Made by a program: the position numbers and the translations under genes
In this document: positions 33,430 to 43,593 of the stretch, in pieces
Layout: each line of letters begins with the position of its first letter
Position numbering within the stretch: the stretch's first letter is position 1
Source of the DNA: Pelagomonas calceolata
Taxonomy: Eukaryota
Reading direction: 5' to 3'
Length of the DNA: 64,000 nt
NCBI GenBank assembly: GCA_918797485.1
Contig: CAKKNE010000005.1
Location: 5,084,001-5,148,000 of the forward strand
Notes under the pieces: generated by a model
The model's database searches: none
Told to the model about the DNA's origin: nothing
What the model saw: the letters and a program-made list of their open reading frames with translations, nothing else

Positions 33430-36400
33430 AGCCGCGCCGCGTTCCGCGGCGAGGAGCGTCTCGTAGGTCGCGTCGTCGTCGCCCGGAGCAGCTGCGGCCG
33501 CGGTTTCCTGGGGCGCGACCTTCCGTTCCTTTCGTTTCGGGAAGAGCCGCATGAGCAGCGAGACGCGGCGGCCGGTGTTGCGCACGGAGAAGTTCCTGTG
33601 CAGCGCCTTCAGCGCCCGGCTGCTGCTGATCTTTGCCGTTCGCAGCATGTGGCGCTGGGACCGCTGCTTCATGAGTTTGGAATGCGTCATCGTGTGATGG
33701 GCCTCGACTTTATGTAGCTTCTCGCTCGAGACGGCCCGGAAGATCTGGTAGAAGCGTTGTTGGGCCGCGGACGCCTTCCTGACTTCGGTATCGTGTATTT
33801 GTATCTCTACCAGAATGGAGACCTGTGCATGAATCAACCGGTGAGGCGTCGATGGCGTGGAGGTCATGATTGAGCCGTGGTGGAGACGCGGCGCGACAAT
33901 TTGATTTATGCACTGATCGAGACGTCGTTGCTCGACGGCTTGAACTCGTAGACGGCGTGTAGGTTAAAGGGGACCTGGCGCCGACAGATCTTGTTCTTAA
34001 GTTTTTTTAGCGTGAAGAGCGGGCTTGCCTATGCGCAAATCAATCAATGAGTCGGGTGCCGAGGAACCGGCACCGACGCCATCGAGCTGGCGTCGCGTCG
34101 ACGGCGCGGAGGCCACGATTCAGCAGACGCGCCGCAATGCTTTGGTTTGGGCACTGGGGCTCGCATCGAACGCCGCCTTGACGTCGCACATGGCCTGGGC
34201 CCCGGGGCACACGACCGTCGCGCGCAGCGCGTCGCGCACGAGCGCGCTGACGGGCTGCCACCCGGCGCCCTCCTCAGCCTGATGTTTCTTGGCAATTTCC
34301 GACTTCATCGCCTCGACCATGCGCTCGGCAGTCTTAATGGAGCCCTCCTCACTCACGACCTGTGCGCAAATCAACCAGTGAGTCGGCAATTCTTCACATG
34401 AGAATTTGATTTATGCACTGCTCGCGACGACCACAGCGCCCTCCACCTGCTTGGCGACGTCGGAGAGCGCCGCCGTCAGTGCAGGTAGGCAGGTAGCAGC
34501 GAAGATGCGGAGCAGGGGGGGCAGCACCGTCTGGTCGAGCGCGAGCTTGCCCTTGACGAGGATCTCGGCGTCGGCCTTGAGCGTCGCCTCAGAGGCGCAC
34601 GATTTCATCTGTGTGTGCAAACGAACCGGTCGCTTTCGAGAAGAGAGGGCTGAATCATTGATATAGGGCACTGGCCTCGACGGCAGCCACAACAGCCTCC
34701 GTGAGGTTGGTCCCGGCGCCGCCGCGCCAGATCAATCGCTGCTGAGGCTGTGGGTCGCTTCTCTCCGGGTTGAGCTCTTTGACCTGCCTCAGCACGTCAA
34801 GCAGATCCGGCGACAGCAGCTCCTCGGTGATGTAGTCTTCGAGCTCGTCCGCGCGCGCCTGCGCCTCGCACCGTAGCCAGGCCCAACGCGTCGGAACGAA
34901 GTCCTTGGCCTTTGCCCATTCCTCGTCGTCAACCTCGTCGTCGGCATCGTCGCCAGCTGCGTCGGGCGCAGGGCCGCGCGCGAGCTTGAACCGAGCCGGC
35001 CGTGGCGGCGCCGCGGCTTCGTCGACGTTGGCGGCTGCGTCAGGCGCTGACGGCGCGTCGGCCTCCGGCGCGGGCGCGAGCTTAAAGCGCGCTGGGCGCT
35101 GTGGCGCCCCGGCCGGCGCAGCGGCGACGGCTGCGCCTGGCGCGAGGAAGGCCGAGGCTCGTTCCACGCGGCGCTGCGCATCGCTTTTCGCCCGGGCGGC
35201 GACTCTGCGGTACCAGTGGCGGATGCGGTGCTGCTCGTGCGCTTCGATAAGCGGCTCGCGCCAGAATGTGTGCAAGGAACAAATTTGGCTCCGAAATATA
35301 CCCCACTGCGTATCAGCCTGTGTGAAACTCAACCACTGAGTCGGGTGCAACACCGCCCGCCATCGAGGAGACATTGCGTTGATGGCGTCGAGATCGACGC
35401 GATGATTCGAGACCAAGGCTCCGTGAAATTCAATTTATGCACTGGTATCAGCATTTGTGTCGCTCCAGGCGAAGTCCCCGAGATAGCCGTCGACGATGGC
35501 TTCGAAGGTCGCACTCTCGAGCAGGTGCCTGCGTAGGAAAACACCAACGTATATACCGAACGATTGTCAGCAAATCGAAACAAGTCGAAGGCTTTATCTT
35601 CTGCACCGGAAAGTGCTCGCCGCCCTCCGTGCACAACGTCTCGAACTCGAATCGGAAATTCTCCGTGCGCAGGCGGCGCCTGTGCGCAAATCAATCAGTG
35701 AGTTGGGTGCACGTCGATGGCGAGACGCGCCGCGACGATTTGATGTATGCGCTGGGCGGCGCCGAATGCGCGCGCAGAGCGTCCGGATCGGCTTCTCGTA
35801 GGCGTAGCGGCGCACCGCCAGGACCAGCACGAAAACCTGGGCCGCGACGAGCGCACCCGACCTATGCGGAAATCAAACGTTCGGGTGAATAAGCCCAAGA
35901 CGCCTCGTGCGAGGACGACAAGCACTCTCGTGCTGCATCAAGGCTGCCAGAATAATAAATAATACCTCCAGGCCGGCCTGACGCACTGTTGATTTCCGCA
36001 CTGCACCCGACACGATGCGGAGCTGCTCGAGCTTCAGTGTCTTCTGCGTGCAGCAGAGCGCCATGAAGAACGTCGACGTGACGAAGAACCAGGACGTGTG
36101 CGCGACCGTGTTCACCGCTGGCGACTGGAAAGGCTCGCCGTCGGCCTGTGTGGAAATCAAATTTTACCGCGCATTCGTGCTGAATCATCCGACGCACTGG
36201 TTGATTTCCACACAGCCGTCGACGATGGCCAGCGCATAGAGCAGCGAGATGACGAACGAGAGCACGAGTCGCATGCGCCGCGCCCCGGGCAGACAGACGA
36301 GGAGGAAGCCGCTCAGCGAAGTGCGCACGACCTGTGCATAAATCAAATTCTTGCGGCGCGTCTCCGCCACTGCTGAATCATGGCCTCAACGCCATCGACG

Positions 36401-39400
36401 CGACGCCAGCTCCATGGCGTGGCGGTGTGGGTCCTACACCACTCGATTCAGTCATCAAGGTCGCGTTGTCGCATCAAGGTCGCGTTGTCGCATCAAGGTC
36501 GCGTTGTCGCCGAGAAACGACTTAGTGAAGAATGATCGGGTGCATGCGACTCACTGCTTGATTTTCACACAGCGCACGACCATGGAGAGCGGCTCGGCGA
36601 ACCAGGCGCCCTTGCGGTAGGGCCGGACGAGGGGCGTCGGCCGCAGGATGTCGCTGAGCGCCTCGCAGTCGACGCAGCTGCCGAACGTCGCGCGCCGCTG
36701 GCGGATTTGCTCGAGGAGGAGCACGGCGAAGAAGAGGCCTGTGTGGAAATCAACCGGTGGGTCGGGTGCACCCGACAATTCTTCAATCAGTCGTTTCTTG
36801 GCGCTGACGCGGCCGTCCTGGCTCGATCGAGCGGCGAGGAATCGACATCGCCACGCCATCGAGCAGGCGGCGCGTCGATGGCGTGGAGGACGACGCGACG
36901 GTTCAGGACGAACGCGCCGTAAAATTTTGATTTCCACACAGGAAGAGGCCCGGCAGGCCGACGACGTAGATGAGGCAACACAGGATGGCGTAAGCCCGGT
37001 AGGCCTGGTACCTGTGCGAATATCAACCAGTGTGTCGGGTGCACCATCGAGCAGGCGTCGCGTCGATGGCGTAGAGGTCGACGCGGCGATTCAGGACGAA
37101 CGCGCAGTGAATTTGATTTTCACACAGCCTGGTACCGCTTGGACGACGCCCGGATGGTGTAGTCCCGCGCGAGGTAGAGCTCGCGCTCCGTCGCCGACGT
37201 CCGGAAGCCGCGCTCGTCGGCCGTGTGGTACTCGACGCCGTCCAGGTGGAAGAACTCGAAGAGGACCGAGCAGACCGTCGCGTGGCACATGATGAGGAGC
37301 ACGGCGAGCCGCCGGCAGGCGCGCCGCTTCGCGTCGGGGTCGCGCGAGCAGAGCGACACGAGCGCGACGACGAGGACGAGGTAGAGGGGCAGGAGCGTCG
37401 CCATGAGCAGCGTGTGGTAGTACGACCAGCCCGCGCAGGGCGTCGGCAGCCAGGCGGCGAGGTCGAAGGTCACGAGCGCGTAGATGCGCATGAGCCACTT
37501 GAACGCCCCCGGGTAGTCGACGTCCTCGACGCTCGAGAAGCGCACGAGGACCGCGAGCGAGTGCCAGATCGCGAGCGCGCACGTGCTCGTCAGGAAGCTC
37601 CAGACCTCGCGCTTCGCCGCGCGCCAGACGCGCACCGCGCGCCAGCCCTCGCACGAGAGGGCCGCCGGCCAGCGGCAGCCGCAGAGCGCCCCGAGCGACG
37701 CCGCCGCGGACCACGCGACCGCGCCGACGAGCGCCAGGGCGACGATCATGGCGACGGCGTAGACGACCCGCAGGAAGACCGACGGCCTGGCGCCGCACCG
37801 CTTGCACCGGCGCAGGACGGGCTCGAGGTAGTAGCCGTCGTCGCAGAGCTGGCAGAGCGGCCCGCGGTGGTGCTTGGCGCAGAGCGCGTTGCCGCTCGAG
37901 TTGCCGCTGGCGCAGCCCTCGTTGCGCTTGCCTGTGTGGAAATCAACCAGTGAGTTAGGTTAGACCTTTGTGAACCTCCACGCCATCGAGCCGACGCGGC
38001 CACGGGGACAACGTCGCGTCGATGGCCTGGAAATTCCACGCCATCGAGCAGACGCAGCTACAGAGACAAGTGGGGCGCCCGAAATTCGATTTCCACACAG
38101 GCGCCTGCAGCGGTAGATGGCCGGCGTGTCCATCGAGAAGCGGTAGAAGCCCGCGCGCACGCCCCAGGGGCTGCCGAGCGTCGAGCCCTGCGGGCACGTC
38201 GCCGACCAGGGGCAGCCGTGGCACGTCCGGTTGTCGTAGTAGTAGTCGCGCTCGCACACGTCGCAGGCCGCGGCGCCCGGCGCGCTCCAGCGCCCGGCGC
38301 CCTCGGTGCGGCAGCTCTCGCAGAAGGTCTGGCCGGCGCTCCGCGCGAAGCGCCCCGCCGCGCACGCCTCGCACGCCGCGCGGCCCGACTCGGGCTGGTT
38401 CCGGCCGGCCTCGCACGCGAGGCAGACGCGCGCGCCGGCGGCGCTGACCTTGCCCGCGTCGCAGGCGTCGCACTGGACGTTCAGCGGGCTGGCCGCCGTC
38501 AGCTCGGCGGCGCGGCCCGCCTCGCAGGCCTCGCAGCGCTGCTGCCCGGGCGCGGACTGGTAGCGGCCGTTCGGGCACTTGGCGCACGCCGTCGCGCCGT
38601 CGGCGTCGCTGTACGTGCCCGGCGCGCACGGCAGGCACGTCGCGCGGTCGGGCGAGTACGAGCCCGCGGGGCACGTCGCGCAGTAGAGGCCCAGCGGCGA
38701 GTAGCTGCCGGGGTCGCAGTCGACGCAGGCGATGGTCCCGCCGGGCAGCGGGCTCTCGCGCTGGCCCCGGGCGCAGCGCGAGCAGCTCTGCGAGCCCGTC
38801 GCCGCGAACTTGCCCGCCTCGCAGGGGAGGCAGCTGCCCGAGCCGGGCGCCGTGTTGAAGGTGTCGAGCCCGCACGGCCGGCAGCTCTCCTGCCGGTGGT
38901 CGGGCTGGAAGTAGCCCGCGGCGCAGGGCGTGCAGGGCGCGACGCCGCCCGCGCCGTACGTGCCGGCGCGGCAGTAGCGGTCGGACTCCCGCGTCGGCGC
39001 GAGCGTCGGGTCCGACGACGGCGCCGGCGTCGGCCGCGGCGTCGGCCGCGGCGACGGCGCGGGCGTCGGCCGCCGCGACGGCAGGGGCGTCGTGGGGCCC
39101 GGCGTGGGGCCCGGCGACGGGCCCGGCGTCGGCCGCGGCGAGGGCGCGGGCGTCGGCGCGACGGAGGGTGCCGGCGTGGGCTTCGGCGACGGCTTCGGCG
39201 TCGGCGCGGGCGTCGGGTTTGGCGTCGGCTTCGCTGTTGGTCTTGGCGTCGGCGCGAAGACCGGCGCGGCCGTGGGATCGCCGGGCACGGGCGTCGGGTC
39301 CGGCGTCGGTTTCGGGGTCGGGCGTGGCGAGGGCGAGGGCGTCGGCTTCGGCGTGGGTACCGGCGACGGTCGGGGCGTCGGGGTCGGGGTCGGCCGCGCG

Positions 39401-42400
39401 CTGGGCGCCGGCGTCGGCCGCGACGACGGGGGCGCGCTGGGCGCCGGCGTCGGCCGGACGGACGGCGCGGGCGTCGGCCGGGGCGACGGCTGGGCGCTCG
39501 GGCGAGGCGTCGGCGGCGGCGACGGCGCCGGCGACGGCTGGGGCGTCGGCGCCGGGACGAAGGCGTAGGCCGCGCCCGCGTTGTCGGCGAGCTCGTCCTC
39601 GTTGGGCGCGCCGGAGACGACGCGGTCGCCGGACAGCGCCACCGAGTAGCCGAGGACGTTCCCGGCCGCGGCGTCGCCGGAGGTGACCTCGTCGTACTGG
39701 GCCCACGTCGTGCCGTCCGTGCGGAAGAGGTAGACCGAGCCCGCGGCCCCGTCGTCGCCCATGGCCCCGACGGCGAGGCCGTCGCCGGACAGGGAAAGAG
39801 AGTAGCCGAACAGGTCGCCCGCGGCCGCGTCGGCCGCCGCGAGCTTCGCCGTTTCGGTCCACGTCGCCGTGTCGTACAGGTAGACGGCGCCCGCGTTGCT
39901 GCCGTCGCCGCGGGCCCCGATCGCGACGGTGCTGCCCTCGATCGCCACGGAGTAGCCGAACATGTCGCCCGTCGCGGCGTCGGCGGCCGTGAGCTTGGCC
40001 AGCTGGGCGCCGTCGCTCGCGCGGAAGACGTAGACCGCGCCCACGGCGCCGACCGGATTGTTCTGCCCGTCCGACCCGGCGTTTCCGTCGCCGTAGGCCC
40101 CGGTCACGACGGTGGCGCCGTCCGTCGCCACGGAGATGCCGAACATGTCGTAGGCGGCGGCGTCGGTGGCCTTGAGCTTCGCGGTCTGGGCCCACGTCGC
40201 GCCGTTGTCGCTCGTCGCGAAGAGGTAGACGGCCCCGGACTGGAGGCCGCCGCCGCCGTCGTCGTGGGGCGCCCCGACGGCGACGACGGTGCCGGCGGCG
40301 GCCACGGCGGAGCCGAAGCGCGTGTCCGGCCCCGCGTCGGCCGCCGTCAGCGTCGCGAGGTGCGTCCACGACGCGCCGTTGTCCGCCGTGCGGAAGACGA
40401 TGGCGGCGTTGGCGTAGTCGCACACGCCCATGATCCACCAGGGCGGGCACCCGGCGCCGACGACGAGGCGGTCGCCGGCCAGCGCCACGGACCAGCCGAA
40501 GAGGTACCCGGCGCCGCACGAGCAGCCCGAGCAGTCGCAGCCGTAGGTGCCCTCGAGCGTCGCGCAGGCGTAGCCGGAGTTGAACAAGGTGTCGCACGAG
40601 TATTCGAAACAGGTCGCCGCGCAGGCCCCGTCGGCGATCGCCGGGTGCGCCACCTTGGCCACCTGGCCGTAGGTGACGCCGCCGTCGCTCGTCCGGAAGA
40701 CGTAGACCGCGCCGGCGTAGGTCTTGTGCCTCGGCGCCCCGAGCGCGACGAGGTCGCCGGCGGCGGCCACGGAGACGCCGAACCAGTCGCTCGCGGCGCC
40801 GTCGCTCGCCAGCATCTTGTCCGTCTCCGCGTGGAGCGGCCAGGCGGTCGGCGCGACGGTCGGCGCGGGCGACGAGGCGGGGAGGGCGAAGATGTAGGCC
40901 GAGCCGGAGTTGGAGCCGGCGTCGTCGTCCCAGTAGGCCCCGACCACGACCTTTTGGCCGTCGGTCGCCACGGAGTAGCCGAAGTAGTCGCCCGCGGCGG
41001 CGTCGGCGGCCGTCAGCTTGGCCACCTGGCCGTACGTGGCGCCGCCGTCGGTCGTGCGGAAGACGTAGGCCGCGCCCGCGTTGCTGGCAATACTGTCGTC
41101 ATAGAAGGCCCCAGCCACGACGACATCACCGGAGATCGCCACACGATAGATAGAAACGCCATCGCTAGTCACGAGCTTCGCAACTTGGGACCAAGTTCCG
41201 CCGTCGTCGGTCGTGCGGAAGATGTATACGGAACCATCACCACGGATTGCTACGGTGTCGCCGTCGATCGCCACGGACTCGCCGAAGGAGTCGTACGTCG
41301 CGGCGTCGTCAGCTGTCAGCTTGGCCACCTGGCCATACGTGGCGCCGCCGTCGCTTGTGCGAAAGACGTAAACCGAGCCCCAGCCAGAACCACCATAAAA
41401 ATTCGTTGCATCGGCACCGACTACGATGGTGTCGCCGTCGATGGCCACGGAGAGGCCGAAGTCGTCGCCCGACGAGGCGTCGCTTGCAATCAGCTTGGCC
41501 ACCTGGTCGTACGTGGTGCCGCCGTCGGTCGTGCGGAAGACGTAAACTGCGCCCGAGGCGGAGCCGGCATCATCATCGCCGTAGGCCCCGACCACGACGG
41601 TGTTGCCGTCGATCGCCACGGAGTAGCCGAAGTAGTCGCTCGCCGCGGCGTCGGCGGCCGTCAGCTTGGCCACCTGGGCGTAGGTGGCGCCGCCGTCGCT
41701 CGTGATGAAGACGTAGAGTGCGCCGCCGGTGCCAGCTTTGTAGGCACCGACCACGACGGTGTCCCCGTCGATCGCCACGGAGTAGCCGAAGTAGTCGCCC
41801 GACGCGGCGTCGGAGGCCGTCAGCTTGGCCACTTCGACATATGTGGCGCCGCCGTCGCTCGTGCGGTAGACGTAGACCGCGCCTCTTTGGCTGTGTTCGT
41901 AGTAGGCACCAACCACGACGGTGTCCCCGTCGACCGCCACGGAGCCGCCGAAGCGGTCGCCCGACGCGGCGTCGCCGGCCACGAGCTTCGCGAGCTGCGC
42001 GTAGTCGGTCGACGGCAGGGCGAAGACGTAGGCCGAGCCCGAGTCGGAGCCGGTGTCGTCGTCTTTCCAGGCCCCGACCACGACAGTTCCATCGCTGATC
42101 GCCACGGACATGCCGAACTCGTCGCCCGACGCGGCGTCGGCGGCCGTCAGCTTGGCCACCTGGCCGTACGTGGCGCCGCCGTCGGTTGTGCGGAGGACGT
42201 AGGCGGCTTCCCCGTAGCGGGTCCCGATCACAACGGTATCCCCGTCGATCGCCACGGACCAACCGAACCCGTTGCTCGCCGTGGCGTCGTCGGCCGTCAG
42301 CTTGGCCACCCGGCCGTAGGTGGCGCCGCCGTCGGTCGTGAGGAAGACGTAGGCCGAGCCCGAGTTGGAGCCGCCGTCGTCGTCGTACGGGGACCCAATC

Positions 42401-43359
42401 ACGACGGTGTCTCCGTCGATGGCCACTGAGAAGCCAGACTCGTCGCTAGCAGCGGCGTCGGCGGCCGTCAGCTTGGCCACCTGGCCGTACGTCGCGCCGC
42501 CATCGCTCGTGCGGAAGACATAGGCCGAGCCCGATTTGGAGCCGGCGTCGTCGTCTTTGAATGCACCAACCACGACGGTGCCACCGTCGATGGCCACGGA
42601 CCAGCCGAACTCGTCGTACGACGCGGCGTCGCTTGCAGTCAACTTGGCCACCTGGCTGTACGTGGCGCCGCCGTCGCTCGTGCGGAAGACGTAGGCTGCG
42701 CCTGAGCCGCCGTTACCCCACTGGTTTGCGCCGACCACGACGGTGCTGCCATCGATCGCCACGGAGAAGCCGAAGCGATCGCCCACCGCGGCGTCGGAAG
42801 CTGTCAGCTTGGCCACTTCGACGTATGTGGCGCCGCCGTCGCTCGTGCGGAAGACGTAGACTGAGCCCGAACTGGAGCCGCCGTCGTCGTCTTGCCTGGC
42901 CCCGACCACGACGGTGTCACCGTTGATGGCCACGGACCAGCCGAAGTAGTCGTCCGCCGCGGCGTCGGAGGCCATGAGCTTGGCCAGCTGGACGCCATCG
43001 CTCGCACGTAGGATGTAGGCTACTCCTGGGCCGGCCCCGTAGGCCCCGATCACGACGGTGTCACCGTCGATCGCCAAGGAGAAGCCGAAGTAATCGCCCG
43101 ACGCGGCGTCGCCGGCCACGAGCTTAGCGAGCTGCGCGTAGTCGGCGGTTGTCAGCCGCCGCTCCCGGGCGACCACCAGCGCGCGCGACGTCGCTCCCAT
43201 CGCGCCGGGCGGCGCGAGCGAGTCGTGTGCGGCGGCGTTGGTCGCCGCGAGGAGCTTGGGGAGTGGCTGCTTAGGCAGCCCCGCCGGCCCGGCGCCGGCC
43301 GGCAGCGCCGCCAGCGCGCTCAGCACGAGGACCCGCGCGCGGGCGCCGGCCGGGACCAT
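33334..43359 (-). CDS. Receptor-like membrane protein, ~2783 aa, 14 exons: signal peptide, 21 FG-GAP blades, Pro/Thr stalk, Cys-rich repeats, multi-pass TM domain, cytoplasmic RelA/SpoT-like nucleotidyltransferase domain
   Basis: Exons 43359-38109, 37931-37136, 37011-36950, 36738-36581, 36331-36224, 36145-36012, 35861-35763, 35679-35617, 35528-35453, 35317-34682, 34608-34429, 34359-34165, 34028-33924, 33822-33334. All 13 junctions are phase-compatible (8352 nt total). Confidence 0.85.
33823..33923 (-). mobile_element. Introner intron 6 (GT-AG; element 33823-33915)
   Basis: TSD atggagac / atcgagac; ends ctgtgcatgaatcaa / ttgatttatgcactg. Confidence 0.9.
34029..34164 (-). mobile_element. Introner intron 7 (GC-AG; element 34029-34156)
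   Basis: TSD gggcttgc / gggctcgc; ends ctatgcgcaaatcaa / ttggtttgggcactg. Confidence 0.88.
34360..34428 (-). mobile_element. Introner intron 8 (GT-AG; element 34360-34420)
   Basis: TSD ctcacgac / ctcgcgac; ends ctgtgcgcaaatcaa / ttgatttatgcactg. Confidence 0.9.
34609..34681 (-). mobile_element. Introner intron 9, degenerate (GT-AG; element ~34609-34673)
   Basis: Ends ctgtgtgtgcaaacgaacc / ttgatatagggcactg; TSD largely eroded. A donor 8 nt outside the TIR gives the required phase-0 join. Confidence 0.65.
35318..35452 (-). mobile_element. Introner intron 10 (GC-AG; element 35318-35444)
   Basis: Perfect TSD gtatcagc; ends ctgtgtgaaactcaa / ttcaatttatgcactg. Confidence 0.9.
35529..35616 (-). 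mobile_element. Introner intron 11, degenerate (GC-AG; element ~35529-35608)
   Basis: TSD gcaggtgc / gaaagtgc (6/8); eroded TIRs ctgcgtaggaaaaca / ttatcttctgcaccg. Removal restores the frame (GGE-HLLES). Confidence 0.65.
35680..35762 (-). mobile_element. Introner intron 12 (GC-AG; element 35680-35754)
   Basis: Perfect TSD ggcggcgc; ends ctgtgcgcaaatcaa / ttgatgtatgcgctg. Confidence 0.88.
35862..36011 (-). mobile_element. Introner intron 13 (GT-AG; element 35862-36003)
   Basis: Perfect TSD cacccgac; ends ctatgcggaaatcaa / ttgatttccgcactg. Sibling of 15460-15597. Confidence 0.92.
36146..36223 (-). mobile_element. Introner intron 14 (GT-AG; element 36146-36215)
   Basis: TSD ccgtcggc / ccgtcgac; perfect 15-bp TIR. 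Confidence 0.93.
36332..36580 (-). mobile_element. Introner intron 15 (GT-AG; element 36332-36572) with internal 19-bp x3 tandem repeat
   Basis: Perfect TSD cgcacgac; atcaaggtcgcgttgtcgc x3 at 36454-36510. Confidence 0.93.
36739..36949 (-). mobile_element. Introner intron 16 (GC-AG; element 36739-36941)
   Basis: Perfect TSD gaagaggc and perfect 15-bp TIR. Confidence 0.95.
37012..37135 (-). mobile_element. Introner intron 17 (GT-AG; element 37012-37127)
   Basis: Perfect TSD cctggtac; ends ctgtgcgaatatcaa / ttgattttcacacag. Confidence 0.93.
37932..38108 (-). mobile_element. Introner intron 18 (GC-AG; element 37932-38100)
   Basis: TSD gcgcttgc / gcgcctgc; ends ctgtgtggaaatcaa / tcgatttccacacag. 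Confidence 0.92.
38990..39555 (-). repeat. Coding Pro/Thr-rich PT-repeat stalk
   Basis: PTPAPS / PTPRPT / PTPKPT units. Confidence 0.9.
39560..43145 (-). repeat. Coding FG-GAP repeat array, 3 x 7 blades
   Basis: ~55-aa unit QVAKLTA.DAA.GD.FG.SVAIDGDTVVVGA..DDD.GS.SGSAYVF; 21 units counted in three groups of seven. Confidence 0.9.
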
Positions 43360-43593
43360 CCTCGCGCAGCTGCAGCCCCCCCTCCCGAGCCGCAGTTCGC
43401 GTGTGGGTCGTTCACTGCTGCTCCGCTTGCTGCTACCCCCCCTCCGCTTCATGAATTCAAGGGCGCGAAAGAAGCGCGGGGACGCCGCAGGCACGGGTAC
43501 CTACGCATCCCCGGAGCCAAGGGGCCAATGAATGAGGTTGTCTCGCGCGCGCGGCCGCGAGACGCCGTCGCCCTAGGATCGGACAGAGAAAGC

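Noticed and set aside
33334..37953. Apparent pseudogene or cluster of small ORFs
   Set aside because: All stops and frameshifts fall inside introner introns; the spliced frame is intact.
33823..38108. Recurrent TIR sequences separated by unique DNA, resembling a CRISPR array
   Set aside because: Repeats come in inverted pairs with TSDs, spacing is irregular, the spacers are in-frame exons, and there are no cas genes.
38218..42429. 1403-aa plus-strand ORF and 880-aa alternative-frame ORF over the FG-GAP region
   Set aside because: Shadow frames of a GC-rich repetitive CDS; R/G/V-rich with no domain signal.
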